A DNA stretch of 64,000 nucleotides from Takakia lepidozioides (taxonomy: Eukaryota; Plantae; Bryophyta). Shown here one piece after another: positions 10,541 to 23,270 of the stretch. The stretch covers positions 40,982,001-41,046,000 of the forward strand of contig CM060731.1 of assembly GCA_030704615.1 (NCBI GenBank), in the 5' to 3' direction. The notes below the pieces were generated by a model. It worked only from the letters and a program-made list of their open reading frames with translations. It did not search any database and was not told the origin of the DNA. Both the position numbers and the translations under genes were made by a program. How positions within the stretch are numbered: position 1 is the first letter of the stretch; each line of letters opens with the position of its first letter.

Positions 10541-11429
10541 GCACCAAGCAAACTTGCCCTCGGACTAAATCCAATCAACACTCTTCCTGCCTGTATTCTC
10601 AGATATTCGTCCCTAGGCTTCACCTTCATTTGTTTTCTGTGACTCAGAAGAGAGAGTGTGTGTATCTTTGTATTGAACAAATGTCTGAATACATGCTTTC
10701 AAGTCGTCCATGATGGATAGTGTAAACTGGGTGTGAGGTTTTTCTCACATATCCAGTGCTGTAGTTCCTCAGCTTGAGGAATATGTAATGTGGCAGCCTG
10801 CCATGATGAGAATGAACATGTGAGTGTCAGTAAATGTGCAGATTCAGAAAGTGTGAAAAGATGCAGTGCTAATTTGTATGTGGAAGGGAGCAACATGTAT
10901 CTGAAATAGAGGGAAGAAATTTTTCCCAACATTCTGCCAACTCCACAGATATTTAAAATTTGTGGACGGAAAGCACTCCCAATGATTCCTCTGCAAGACA
11001 GCACAAGGGCAAACATTACCGTATGGGTGATGATGCACTGCAGAACAGCATACATACCCTGCAGTTGAACAAATAAACAACTCATCCTTGATCAAGGCCT
11101 GTCACATCTATCGTCCCCAAACGACATCCTACACACCCAATGTAAAACAAACCAGGCCAAGATGTTGGAGGCAACAATTGATCCTTCAAAACCCTTACTT
11201 CCTCTTTTGGGTTGTGATATGAAAATTGCAGTGACAAGAGATATGAAGTGTAACCAAAACCACAGAATAGTCACTTCCCCAACCATAGGAAATATTCTTA
11301 CACTAGCCATGATCACCTCCTTCAGATCTGAATGGCAGCTTCTCATCGCACTTGCAAACAAGCAAGAAATTTGGAGGCTACCTAAGTAAGCTTCCTTTGT
11401 CATGGCTTGCTTAATTTGGAGCTTGGACA

Positions 11430-11612
11430 GAATTAGTCCCTAGTGATGCATTCAACCCTTTCAAATACATCTCTGAATGGGAAAGCTCCTGAAGAAACTT
11501 TGCAGAACCATCTGTCTAGTCAGAATTTGTCCTTAGTAATGCATTCAACCAATTTCCTTTCAAATACATCTCTGAATGGGAAAGCTCCTGAAGAATCTTT
11601 GCAGCATAACCA
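11430..11612 (+). repeat. ~95-bp direct tandem duplication
   Basis: TGCATTCAACC...TTTCAAATACATCTCTGAATGGGAAAGCTCCTGAAGAA occurs twice. Confidence 0.85.
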
Positions 11613-12014
11613 GCTGTCTGGATTCCTTCTGGAGCTGTGTACCTGCTCAAGCCACTTTGCACACCCAGGTCAACCATAACTGGTGGTAACATCATGGTTG
11701 TGTCTCCTACAACACGGGTGCCATGCCCTCTTCAATTGCCAGGGGGAGTGGCTCGAAATCCAAAGAAATTGGCCTGGACAGTGGACACCTCTCTTATTTC
11801 AAATTTTGAGTATCTAACTGGTGAACAAGGTACAGAAAGTATCCATGATCATTTATGTTCCAAACCATACAGTCCCAGTCTAGACAACATAGCTTATAGC
11901 TTCTACAAGCTACACTACAAGCTACATAGTGCTTTCACAACCAGTCAGATTAGAGGGTGAAAGTAACGCCGTGAAAGCCAAGGAACCATTTAGCTAGGCC
12001 TTGCGTATCCATGC

Positions 12015-14612
12015 TGTTGGAGTCCTGGCTTTTAGAAACACGCATGCCCCTCTGCATGCATGGTGATTGTATCTGCAAACATACAAATCTCAACAAGTTA
12101 CACCATGATCCTTGACACCTGTACGGTTAGAGCTTTTACATGAGCTGGTCCAACAAGTATTCCGATCACGGGGGAGGGGTCCTATCTACCCAAATTGAAT
12201 CAACCCCTTACCGAGCCTCTATTGTTGAAGTGATCAAACTCTATCAATAAAATGTACTGAGCGAGAGGGCTCCATATATACTACTGCACCACTACTTCGT
12301 GATCAACTGGTAAGTACTCATAGAGGAGAGTGCAGGCACTGACTAATGAGTAATGCCACCACCAAGGTAACTAGTACTGCCTGGATGGATAACAATTGTC
12401 CACTAGTAAATATAGGGAAACCTAGGAGTTACTAGATGACAAGACGAGGGGAGAGGTATTTCTGACACCTCCTCTCACTCTCATGTCTTCAGTGACAAAA
12501 AGTTAGATAATGCACTCTTCTTTCCAGGGATAGACACTCTTGGTCATGGTGATTGTGTACTCCTCTGGGCCACAAGCATCTTCATCCGTTTTTCTCCGTT
12601 GTCTTGCCGAGAAAATTGTCGTGAGGGTAGACTTCGAGGTCTTCTCCTCTATTTGACTCGGAGTATCAAGAATGCAGTCAGTGACTTAGGTTGTTGTGAA
12701 GACGGCCGTGAATGCGACCGAGGCAGTTGCCTCCTCTTGAACTGATTCTCTCTGCAATTGAGAAAGGATTGGCACATTACTAGCCTTTGCTGCTAGTTTC
12801 TGAAGATTTGACAGTGGAACACACACCCAATCGCTCCCTGAGCTTTTGGAATTTCGCTTTCCCTAGTGGCTTCGTAAGAATGTTTGCAATGTAATCTGCC
12901 GTAGGAACATGCTCTAGATTAACCTCCCCTATCCCAACTTTCTCACGTATGAAGTGATGTTGTACTTCAATGTGTTTCGTTCGTCCATGAATCACGGGGT
13001 TCTTAGCAATTTAATTTGATGCTGCTCATATTGTCACACCACAATTTTACCAGGATGTCCTTTGTCTGTTGTAGCTCTGAGGTGAGCCGATTCAACTAGA
13101 TAGACTCCTTGGTTCCCTCTGTGAGAGCTTGGTATTCGGCTTCAGTCGATGAACAAGAGACTGTTGGTTGTCTCTTGCTTGCCAATGTGGTTGGGCCATT
13201 GCCGAGACTAAACACGTATCATGTGGTTGATCTTCTAGTGTGTGAGTCGCCGGCCCAGTCTTCATCTGTGTACCCAGATATCACATTCTCTCCCCCTTGT
13301 TCGTAGAAGAATCCATACTCGACTGTACCCTTTAGATACCTGAGGACATGTTTGGCAGCAGCCATGTGAGGCTCGTGAGGGACTGTCATGAATCTGTTGA
13401 TGACTCCCCCCGCAAAAGCTATATCTGGTCTCGTATTCGTAAGATATATCAGGTAGCCTATGATAGTTTGGTGTTCCACCGCATTCAAGTGGTGCTCCCA
13501 TATCTGCTACCAGCTTAAGATTTTCAAACATCGGTGGTGTTCAGGCAGGATTACAATCGGTCATGCTGAATTGTGCCAGAGTTTGTAGGGTGTATGCCCG
13601 TGAGTCATGAATATCCCCTAGTGTCAAAGTTGATAAATTCTATCCGCAGGTAGTGATTGATATGACGACATTGGTCATATCAAATCTTTTGCTCAGCTAT
13701 GATTGAGTCCATTCTATCTTGTTGGTGTTGTCACCGGTGATAGGGAGATCATCTACATAAAGCACGAGGATTACAATTCTTCCATCCTCAATCGAAATAT
13801 AGTACAGATTATAATCTGCACTGCTTCTTTGTAGACCCTGGGATTTAATATAGGCATCAATCTTTTCATACCAGGCTGCACGGGGGGCTTGTTTCAACCC
13901 GTAAAGTGCCTTGTTAAGCGTACACACCTTGCTTTCCTGGCCATAAACAACGAAGCCTTCAGGCTATGTCATGAACACTTCTTCCAAGAGGTCTCCATTG
14001 AGGAAGGTTGTTATGACGTCGAGGCGATACATTGGCCACTTGTTTTGGGATGCAAATGCGATTAGAGCTCTTAAGGTACTTCACTTTATGACTGGCGTAA
14101 AAGCTTCCTGAAAATCCACACTTTGATGCCGCTCGAATCCCCTAGCCACCAATCGAGCTTTATGGACAGGGGCAGCTCCTCCAAGCCCTTCTTTTCGCTT
14201 ATATACCCATTTTCGCACTGATTGGTTTTTTCCCCTTCGAGCGGATCGACAAAATCCTATGTGTTGTGCTTTGAAATGTTGTCCATCTCTTTGTTCATAA
14301 CTGCAATCCAACTTGGATCCCCGACAGCCTGATGAAATTGATCATTTCCTCAAGAGCTAACATTGCATTGACTGATGCATCAGTTCCTTTCCTGATTGGG
14401 GGAAGAGAGAGAAGACTCCGGCCGAGACCGGCGTAACTAAGAGCCACTTCGCCTCACGGCTGGGTGGGCCCTATGCAGGTGTCTAGGGGACACCGGGTAA
14501 CCACGTTAGGTAGCCTTTCTTCCCTATGTTCCTCGGTTGGTCTGTCGTCCCTAGAGCGTCCTCATAAAAAACGATGTCCCTCGATATCACAATTTTTCTA
14601 TTTTTACGATCT
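12015..14612 (-). mobile_element. 5'-truncated, degenerate Ty1/copia retrotransposon (integrase tail, RT, RNase H, PPT, 3' LTR)
   Basis: Minus-strand peptides RKIVISRDIVFYE, KARLVARGF, LNKALYGLKQAPRA, LYVDD, HGRTKHIEVQHHFIRE, ANILTKPL, with many stops and frameshifts. PPT (plus CCTCCTCTC, 12468) abuts a putative LTR 12015-12467 bounded by TGTTGGA...TCTGACA. Confidence 0.9.
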
Positions 14613-16045
14613 TGATACTAGCATGTCATTGTGGTGTCACTGAGCATACAGTAATGATTTTTTTGGTTGTTTGCTATTAATTCAGTGTTGATTCGGTGTT
14701 GATATATGGCTTGCTTGACATTGAATCGACACAAACACAACTACTTGAAATGTAGCAACCTAGGGTTAAAAGAATATCCACACCTGGCGTTGATTTTGTG
14801 TACAGTTAGTATTCATTCATTATTAGTTGTTACAACACATTTCAAATTTCAAGTCAATTGTTAGATTGATTTGTGTTGTGTCAATGTTGAATTCAGGATG
14901 TTTCATAGATGAAGTGTGGGGTCGAAGTTGAGAAATGTTGATTTTATAGCCATCGATTCATTGCTATGTTTGCATTAAATTGTCAAACATTGATTTTTTA
15001 CAGATGTTGATATTTCCAACTGCTATTAAATTTCTAACAACATGGCCCACCCTCTCACATTGAAAGCAACAAAAATTAATGACTTATCCGACCTGTAGAT
15101 GATCTAGAAAACGCAAGGGTCATCAAATTGGAGCATGCAAGAAGGCCATGCATAGTAGATTGTCTAAGTGGCGAGTCAAGATTAGCCACAATTGGGCCCA
15201 CTGGGGAGCCCTCTTTTGTAATTTTTACCATTGGATTTTAGGTAGTATATTCCACAGGGCATTGGGTGAAACATCTATTATAAAGGGTTTAATTTTTGCA
15301 ATGAGCTCACCTTGAAGAATTGCTAAGATATATATGGAGATCATTTTGACCCCCCCATAAGCAGTACATACAAAGGACCCTAACAACAGAAAAGTTGTTT
15401 GGCTTGAAAGTTTTATAGTAATTAACCAGGATACCATACCACATTTCTATGTCGGGGAGGTACGAGCAAGAAAATTCATCCAGTCACTCAACGAGCATGG
15501 TCAAAGCTCAAGTTCAAAATCCAAAAACAAGAAAACCCCATGCTAAACCACTAAAATCTCTCTTGTAGTGTGGTGAATTTTTTGACAATTTGCTGGACAA
15601 ATGTACCTGGTAGGCAAGGTGAATATGGTAAGGTTCAAATTTTTGGATCTATGTACCCCAATCATTCAATGAAGCAAAAGGGCCAAGACATCTCGCACGC
15701 TCTCTGAATTAAGTTGGCTATTTGCATGGGGCCCACATGGCTATTGCAAAGTCATTTAAAGCTTGGCTATTGCATGTGGGCCCACATGGAGTGCATGCAA
15801 GAGCCACTCGAAAGTTTTAGATTGTAGGATGGTGCCCAAGTGCCGCCAACCGCGACTTGGGAAACTGGCTAGCCAAGAGAAAGTGATGTTAGAGAGAGAG
15901 AGAGCGCCTAGGAGGATGAGGGCAAGGGCTGGCGGCACTGCGGCAAAAAAAGTAGAACATAGGCCTTTGTGACACTATGGTTATAATAGTGTGAGGTGAA
16001 AGGACCACTCCAGCAATAGGAGTAGAATGGACGCCTTGGTCAACA

Positions 16046-16080
16046 CTATGGCGATACTATGGCGATACTATGGCGATACT
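16046..16080 (+). repeat. 11-bp tandem repeat (CTATGGCGATA) x3
   Basis: Directly visible. Confidence 0.85.
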
Positions 16081-17438
16081 CTGGAAGGGGTGGGGATGGG
16101 AAGGGGAGGAGCCCTGGACTCGACAGCACGGATTGTTAAGGTGGATGGCCTTGCATCCTTCCGTATTTCATTGTACTGGCATATCAACGTGATATTTGTT
16201 TTTATATGCCAAGATCTGATCGTGTGTGCAGGAACAACAAGATATAAAACTATTTTATATGTACCCAATCGATTAAAGAAGCTTATTCCTCACGAGTTAT
16301 ACATTCAGACATATTTTATGTCAGACTATATGCATTGCGACTACTCAAAATTACATCTCCAACAGAATTTGTTGTACTCCATTACGACGTCGTATGCCTC
16401 TACACCGATTTTACAAAGGATTTGAGGTCAATGTGTAAGAAGGACCAAATGGATCTAATATGGTAGGTGTGTAGCCTCAAACTACTTACTTTTCTGGGGG
16501 CTGAAATTTGCCCAATGGCGGACCCTCAAGGATTAAACGTCATTATAATGAAATATATCTAACTTTGTTCTTTATGAATATTGCGGTTACATTGATTTAA
16601 CTCTTTTGGAGTAGTACGCACTTTTCAGATTAAGTAACCTACGTGGAGAAATATACCTTCCAAACGATTCATCCTGCCTATACACAGCTCTATGCCTTTG
16701 TGGGTTATTGATTGCAATTATCTCCATATCCACCATATCTCTTTGTTCATCAACATCTAAACTTCTACTACGTCGCATTGAAACTAGATAGTTCTCGTTT
16801 ATTACACAACAAGCATTAGTGTCTTTTACAACTTGGGAAACGACTCATTTTGAGTCGAAAAAGACAAAAATAACGGGATCGACTGAAGTAGTAAACGACT
16901 AGTTATATAGACATGGAAGTTGAATTGGACATCCAATGATTGGAGTGGTAAAAGACGCAGACTCATCAACGACTGCTCAGCGATTATTGCGATTATTGCT
17001 GAGTCACCACGTGGCGTAACCAGGCAAGCTGCTCGTGTGTCTGACCTTTTGGGCTGACTTTAACTTTTCCCTCCGCATGAGTGGAATGACTTACCAGACC
17101 GCGGTGACACGTGGACGCCGACGTAGTGGCGTCGCGATGAACAGCACTGCTGCCACGTGGTAGTCGACCACATAACTTGCAGTTGTACATGCCCAGTGGC
17201 AACTGCAACTGCGGAAGGCGACCAGCGCAACCATTGTTTTACTTCATGCTTTGAAGTTTTGGTGTTTGTAGTGAGCCGACTAGTACATATGCATGTAATG
17301 CCATACAAGAGAACTAATCATGTCATTAGAAATGCGAAAACAATGAAAGACATGCCATGAAACAAAAATGAAATGAAATGAAACAAAATGGTACTTTATT
17401 ACATCTCGTAGGTTTCTTGTAGCTATTGATACACATGG

Positions 17439-18066
17439 TGTCAAGGACGAGAACATGATTAAACACAAACAACAGATCAGACTAGAGATACAAGACTAGA
17501 CAAGAAGTCAAGGTCGACATAGCCGAATGCATGATGAGTAAACAAGAATCAAGATGATCTTTATAACAATGGGCAAAAGTACAAGATATTGAGACTCGAC
17601 TTGAGTACTGGAATGCTGAAAACTGGACTAGAGTGCCAGATACTGGAAACCGGGCTAGAGTACTGGAAGCTGAACTAGAGTACTGGGACTAGAAACAACA
17701 GTAGCTCAAACTTGTGTTGGCGAAATTGAAAAGTGTCCAGTCTCGCCTCCTATATATACTGGAGACCAGAAAGTTTCGTAAGAAGTTTCCCCAATAGAGG
17801 TTTCTTGATGGAGAAGTTTCCCTAAACAAATGTTTCTTGATGAAGAAGTTTCCTTAAACAAAGGAGGTATCTTGATATAGAAGTTTCCTCCAAATGAAGC
17901 TTCCTCAGCAGTTTCCCAAGTTACTCTCGATAATTTGGTAAACTCCCGGTAACTTGATAACTAATGGTAACTTATGATAAATCATGATAGATCATGGTAA
18001 ATTATGATAACTTGGTAACTTATGGTATTTACTCCTGGTAAGCTCTTCTGGGCTATATCTGTGACA
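17439..18066 (-). repeat. 3' LTR of outer (older) Ty3/gypsy copy A1
   Basis: TGTCA...TGACA termini, internal TATA, adjacent PPT (plus TCACCCCTCCTCT at 18067); homologous to 18215-18792. Confidence 0.9.
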
Positions 18067-19821
18067 TCACCCCTCCTCTAGCACCGAGTTCCTCGAGGAG
18101 CGGTAAAATCTTGGACTTGCTTAGAGTTGGAGAAAATCCAAAATCTGACGAATGAAACTTGTCAAGTATTCGGCTCTTCGTTCTTGATTCAAATGATTTA
18201 TAGGTCCCTGCAATTGTTAAGGACGAGAGTATAACTGAACACAAACAAGATATCAGACTAGAGGTACAAGACTAGACAAGAAGTCAAGGTCGGCGTGGCC
18301 GAATGCATGATGGGTATACACAAATCAAGATGATTTTTATAACAATGGACAAGAGTACAAGATACTGGAACTTGACTTGGATACTGGAACGCTAGAAACT
18401 GGACTAGAGTACTAGATACTGGAAACTGGACTAAAGTACTGGAAGCTGGACTGGAGTACTGGGACTGAAAACAAGAGTTGTTTGAACTTGTGTTGGCGAG
18501 ACTGAAGAGTGTCCAGTCTCGCCTCCTATATATACTGGCTACTAAGAAGCTTCCCTAAGAAGCTCCTCCTATGGAGGTTTCTTAATGGAGAAGCTTCCTT
18601 AAAACAAATGAGGTATCTTGATGGAGAAGTTTCCTCCAAATGAAGCTTCCTGAGCAGTTTCCTAAGTTACTCTTGGTAATTTGGTAAACTCCCGGTAACT
18701 TGGTAAGTAATTATAAATCATGGTAGATCATGGTAACTTGGTAACTTCTGGTATTTACTCCTGGTAAGTTCATCTGGGCTATGTCCGTGACATCACCCCC
18801 CTCCTCTAGCGCCGAGTTCTTCGAGGAGCGGTAAAATCTTGGACTTGCTTAGAGTTGGAAAAAATTCAAAATCCAGCGAATGGTACTTGTCAAGTATTCG
18901 GCTCTTCGTTCTTCACTCAAATGATTTATAGGTCCCTGCAACCATCGATAGTGTCCAACACCTTGAACTTGGGACCACGCAGTGATTTGAGCATTCTGAT
19001 TTTCGAAGCTGCCTTCAAACATGATTTCGTTGTCATCTGGGTCCAAAACCTCAACCTCCAACAGAACTATCAGACTTCAAGTAGGCTCCACTTGTCATCG
19101 TATGGGTCCAGACGAGGAAGTACGCGTCACATTGGTGGCCCATCGTCTCGAGAGCGTCGGCGTGATGTTGAGGGTCGTGAAAATCGGAACGGCTGATCTT
19201 GTAGCTGGGTAAGCGACAACTCTAATGTATCTAATTCTTGTGACTCCATGCTACCAATACAAGATGCAAGAGTACTGGAAGTGTAGTTATATATACTGAT
19301 GTGTGATGCTCTTCCCTCCTTAGCGTATATCAGGTACATTGAATGTGGAGTCTTCACCTTGAAGCTAAATTGGCCATTGTGACGTCTTATTGACGTGTAG
19401 CTCGGGGCTTAGCTGGATATCGTTGATGAAACTCTTGGACTTTGTCAGATACATTGGCGAGGTTGGATGAAGGTTCTCACGTTCGTTCACTTATGTCGTA
19501 GCCTTTCCAATGTACGAAATACTCAAGACGTTTATACTTGATGCGAGAGTCTAGGACTTCGTCGACTTCATACTCAATTTCTTGATTAACTTCGATTGGT
19601 GGAGGTGGTACGGAGACTCTCCCTGGAATATTCGATGGATGATACAACTCCAATAATGAAACATGAAAGACTGGATGGATGCGCATACTTCGTAGGAGTT
19701 CAAGCCGAAAACTGACCGGATTTATTTGTCGAATAATTTTGAATGGTCTCAGGCGTTGATAATCCAACTTCTTTGATAGTCGCGACGTTTGTATGTCCCG
19801 TCGAAGAAGCCACACACAATA

Positions 19822-20926
19822 TCCGACCTTGAACTGGGGTTGGAGTTGGCGACGCTGATCTGCATACTCCTTGTATTGTTTTTGAGCTTCTGCGAGGTGG
19901 AATGTAAGCTCCTTGTGAATCGTAGCAAGTTGAGTAGCAAGGTTTTCTGTAGCAGGGCTTCCAACACTCTTCATGTAGAAAGGGTTTGCTCGAGGATGAT
20001 GACCATAATTGGAGAAAAATGGAGTTTGCTTGGTCGAAGAGTGTATAGTGTTGTTGTAGGCAAACTCAGCCAATGACAGAAGGTCCGTCCAATTATATTG
20101 GTGATAATTTATCATACAACGAAGATACTGCTCCAAAATCTGGTTTACACGTTCGGTTTGACCATCAGTCTGTGGATGATTAGCTGTAGAGAGGTTGATC
20201 TTAGTATCCAATATGTGAAATAATCCTCTCCAGAAATTTGATATGAACTGTGGTCCTTGATCAGATACGATGTCCTTCGGGAATCCATGAATGTGGTAGA
20301 TATTATTGAGGAAGAGTTTTGCAGTTTCATCGCCGGTAACCGTCTTATTACATGGAATGAAATGTGCTATCTTCGTCGATCTCCGACCTTGAACTGGGGT
20401 TGGAGTTGACGATGTTGATCTGCATATTCCTTGTATTGTTTTTGAGCTTCTGCAAGGTGGAATGTAAGCTCATTGTGAATCGTAGCAAGATGAGTAGCAA
20501 AGTTTTCTGTAGCAGGGCTTCCAACACTCTTCATGTGGAAAGGGTTTGCTCGAGGATGATGACCATAATTGGAGAAAAATGAAGTTTATTTTGTCGAAGA
20601 ATGTATAGTGTTGTTGTAGGCAAACTCAGCCAATGACAGAAGGTCCATCCAATTATCTTGGTGATAATTTATCGTACAACGAAGATACTGCTCCAAAATC
20701 TGGTTTACGCATTCGGTTTGACCATCAGTCTGTGGATGATTAGCTGTAGAGAGATTGATCTTAGTATCCAATATGTGAAATAATCCCCTCCAGAAATTTG
20801 ATATGAACTGTGGTCCTCGATCAGATACGATGTCCTTCGGGAGTCCATGAATACAGTAGATATTGTTGAGGAAGAGTCTTGGAGTTTTCTCACCGGTAAC
20901 CATCTTATTACATGGAATGAAATGTG
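19822..20926 (-). repeat. 560-bp internal tandem duplication of the integrase region
   Basis: 19822-20366 matches 20382-20926 with scattered substitutions; duplicated peptides are visible in the ORF track. Confidence 0.93.
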
Positions 20927-21729
20927 TCATCTTCGTAAAACGATCCACAATAACAATTATTGAATCGGTGGTCTTGGAAATTGGAAGGTCCGTAATAAAG
21001 TCCATAGACACAGATGACCATGGACCCTTGGGAATGGGTAATGGTAGAAGAAGACCGTAAGGTCGATGTCGTGGTCCCTTCGCTCTAGCACACATGTCGC
21101 AAGATTTTATAAATTCTTTCACGAGTTTCCACATGTGCGGCCACCAATAGTCCCTGGATATCAATTCCATTGTTTTGTTGAAGCCAAAATGTCTGCAGCC
21201 GGAAGATCATGACCTGTTTGAAGAATTCGAAGTCGTATAAGTCCTGGAGGTACATAGAGAAGTCTTTTGAAATAAAATAAGTCATCTTTGAATTCGAAGT
21301 CGGTTGTAACATGTGGGTTGTTTCGAGGTCGATTTAGTTGACTTCGTAGTGTCCACTACAACAGAACCCGGTATATCTGACTGCGAGGCCGCGGTAGTCA
21401 TGGTTTTCCTGACTTTGACCATGACTTCCCTATATTTTTGGACCAAATGGGGCTTCACGTAGTCGTTGAAATGACTGCGTGACTACGTAGTCCTCTGGGT
21501 GACTTCGTTGGTAGACTTCATCATGACTGCATGGCTCCGCACTAGACGGAAGGTTGGTCAACGATGGTTGACTAGCACGAGCTCACCACCAAACAGTCGT
21601 TGGAATGGCTCCTAGTGTGAAGCCTGGTAGCCAAAAGGTTTAAAAAAAATTTTAAAGTTGCTTATAGGGTTGCCCATTAGAGGGCCGGGACTTAGTTTTT
21701 TTTTTTTTTTTCTCCTGCGCAGTTTCTTA

Positions 21730-23008
21730 GTATCGAGTTGTTGTGTCATGGAACGCGAGGATCGCATGATAGGGTGTGGGATGGAGGCTTTGTATTGAGC
21801 TACTGATGTGGGGCGAAACGCAACCTGCACCGCAACCGCAATGGGCTCTTGGCTCCTGTTATCTTGGGAGAGTCAGCTTGGCTTGGTAGTCCGTGTTTCA
21901 ATTTTACCTTTGTGGAAAAGGGTAAAAGGTCCATGGTGACACTGTCAAATTTAGGGTATCCAGAAACAGATGTGGTAGTATTGAGGATACAAAGGGAGTG
22001 TTTGAGAATATGGCTGAACAAACCTAGAGTGTGATGATCGCGGGATATGCCCAGCATGGATGTGGGATGGAGGCATTGGAGACCTATGAGCAAATGATAT
22101 GGGAAGGGTAAAGGCAAACCAGGTCACGTTCGTTTGTACATGCAATGGGTGTGCGAGCCCGGCAGCCCTGGAAAAGGGCAAAGAGGTCCATGCTGACATC
22201 ATCAGAGCTGGAATTGTACGAGATGTCATTCCAAACGATACCCTGGTAGACATATATGCCAAATGTGGCAGCATCGAAGCTGCAAAGAGAAGGCAAATAC
22301 TACTTCCATTGAGCGTTTTCAACTGTCTTCCTAGTGCAGATGCTTGGGTGCAACACAGTACCACACAATCCTTATTTTATGAACGAGCGTTGATCACGTG
22401 GATTTAATGATGGCAGGATCTTCTTCGACCTGTTGCAGCTTGGTTTGCGAAGCTGAAATTGTACCAAATGTCATTCTGAACACTGCCCTGGCAGCTCTGG
22501 AAAAGGGGAAAGAGGTCCATGGTGACATCTTCAGAGCTGGAATTGTACCAAATGTCATTCTGAACCATACCATGGTGGACATGTACGCAAAGTGGGTGCA
22601 TCGAGCCCTGGACAAGGGCAAAGAGGTGCATGGCGATATCATGAAAGCTGAAATTGTACCAAATGTCATTCTGAACACTACCCTGGCAGCCCTGGAAAAG
22701 GGGAAAGAGGTCCATGGCGATATCTTCAGAGCTGGAATTGTACCAAATGTCATTCTGAACAATACCCTAGTGGACATGTATGCAAAATGTGGTGCATCGA
22801 GGATGCAAAGGGAGTGTTCAACACTATGGCTGAACGAGATGTGGTGTCGTGGAGTGCGTACTTGCAGGGTATGCACAGCAAGGACGTGGGATGGAGGCTT
22901 TGGAGACCTATGAGCAAATGATGGGGGTAGGGGTGAAGCCCGGGAAAAAGCAAAGAGGTGCATGGGGATATCATCAAAGCTGGAATTGTACCAGAGTCAT
23001 TCTGAACA
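21730..23008 (+). pseudogene. Captured, rearranged PLS-class PPR motifs inside the Pack-CACTA
   Basis: VVSWNA, MIAGYAQHGCGMEALETYEQM, VKANQVTFVC, ALEKGKEVHADIIRAG, TLVDIYAKCGSIEAAKR, then three further ALEKGKEVHGDI..A.IVPNVILN-type units; frameshifted. Confidence 0.92.
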
Positions 23009-23270
23009 CAACCGGTAACCAATCCATTCATTGGCTGCATTGTTGTGTCAAAAGTCCATGCGTAGACTAGAATCCACATGTTCAATGGTGGGCAGGGAAA
23101 ACCGTTCTTGCTGCCCAAAGCATGTGATAGTCACAAGCCTAGCAATTGTCTCTGAAAAATGATGGATGACTGGTGCCTTGGTTACAGCATCCACCCTTGT
23201 CAACTCTTGCGATGTTGCAATGAATATACCTGCAACAGGCATTGATTAGAAGTTAGCTTTACTTCCATGT
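23009..23270 (-). pseudogene. Captured ABCC/MRP transporter fragment (TMD2 exon piece plus upstream intron end)
   Basis: FIATSQELTRVDAVTKAPVIHHFSETI...RMDF/HNNAANEWIGYRL is typical of plant MRP4/MRP10-like ABCC proteins. It is preceded by CTAAT and the acceptor TGTTGCAG at 23230. Confidence 0.88.

Noticed and set aside
15557-15570. Additional CACTA terminus (rc CACTACAAGAGAGA)
   Set aside because: No partner TIR, TSD or subterminal repeats found.
16400-16800. hAT dimerisation-domain remnant (LLTFWGLKFAQW)
   Set aside because: Too short and degenerate to support.
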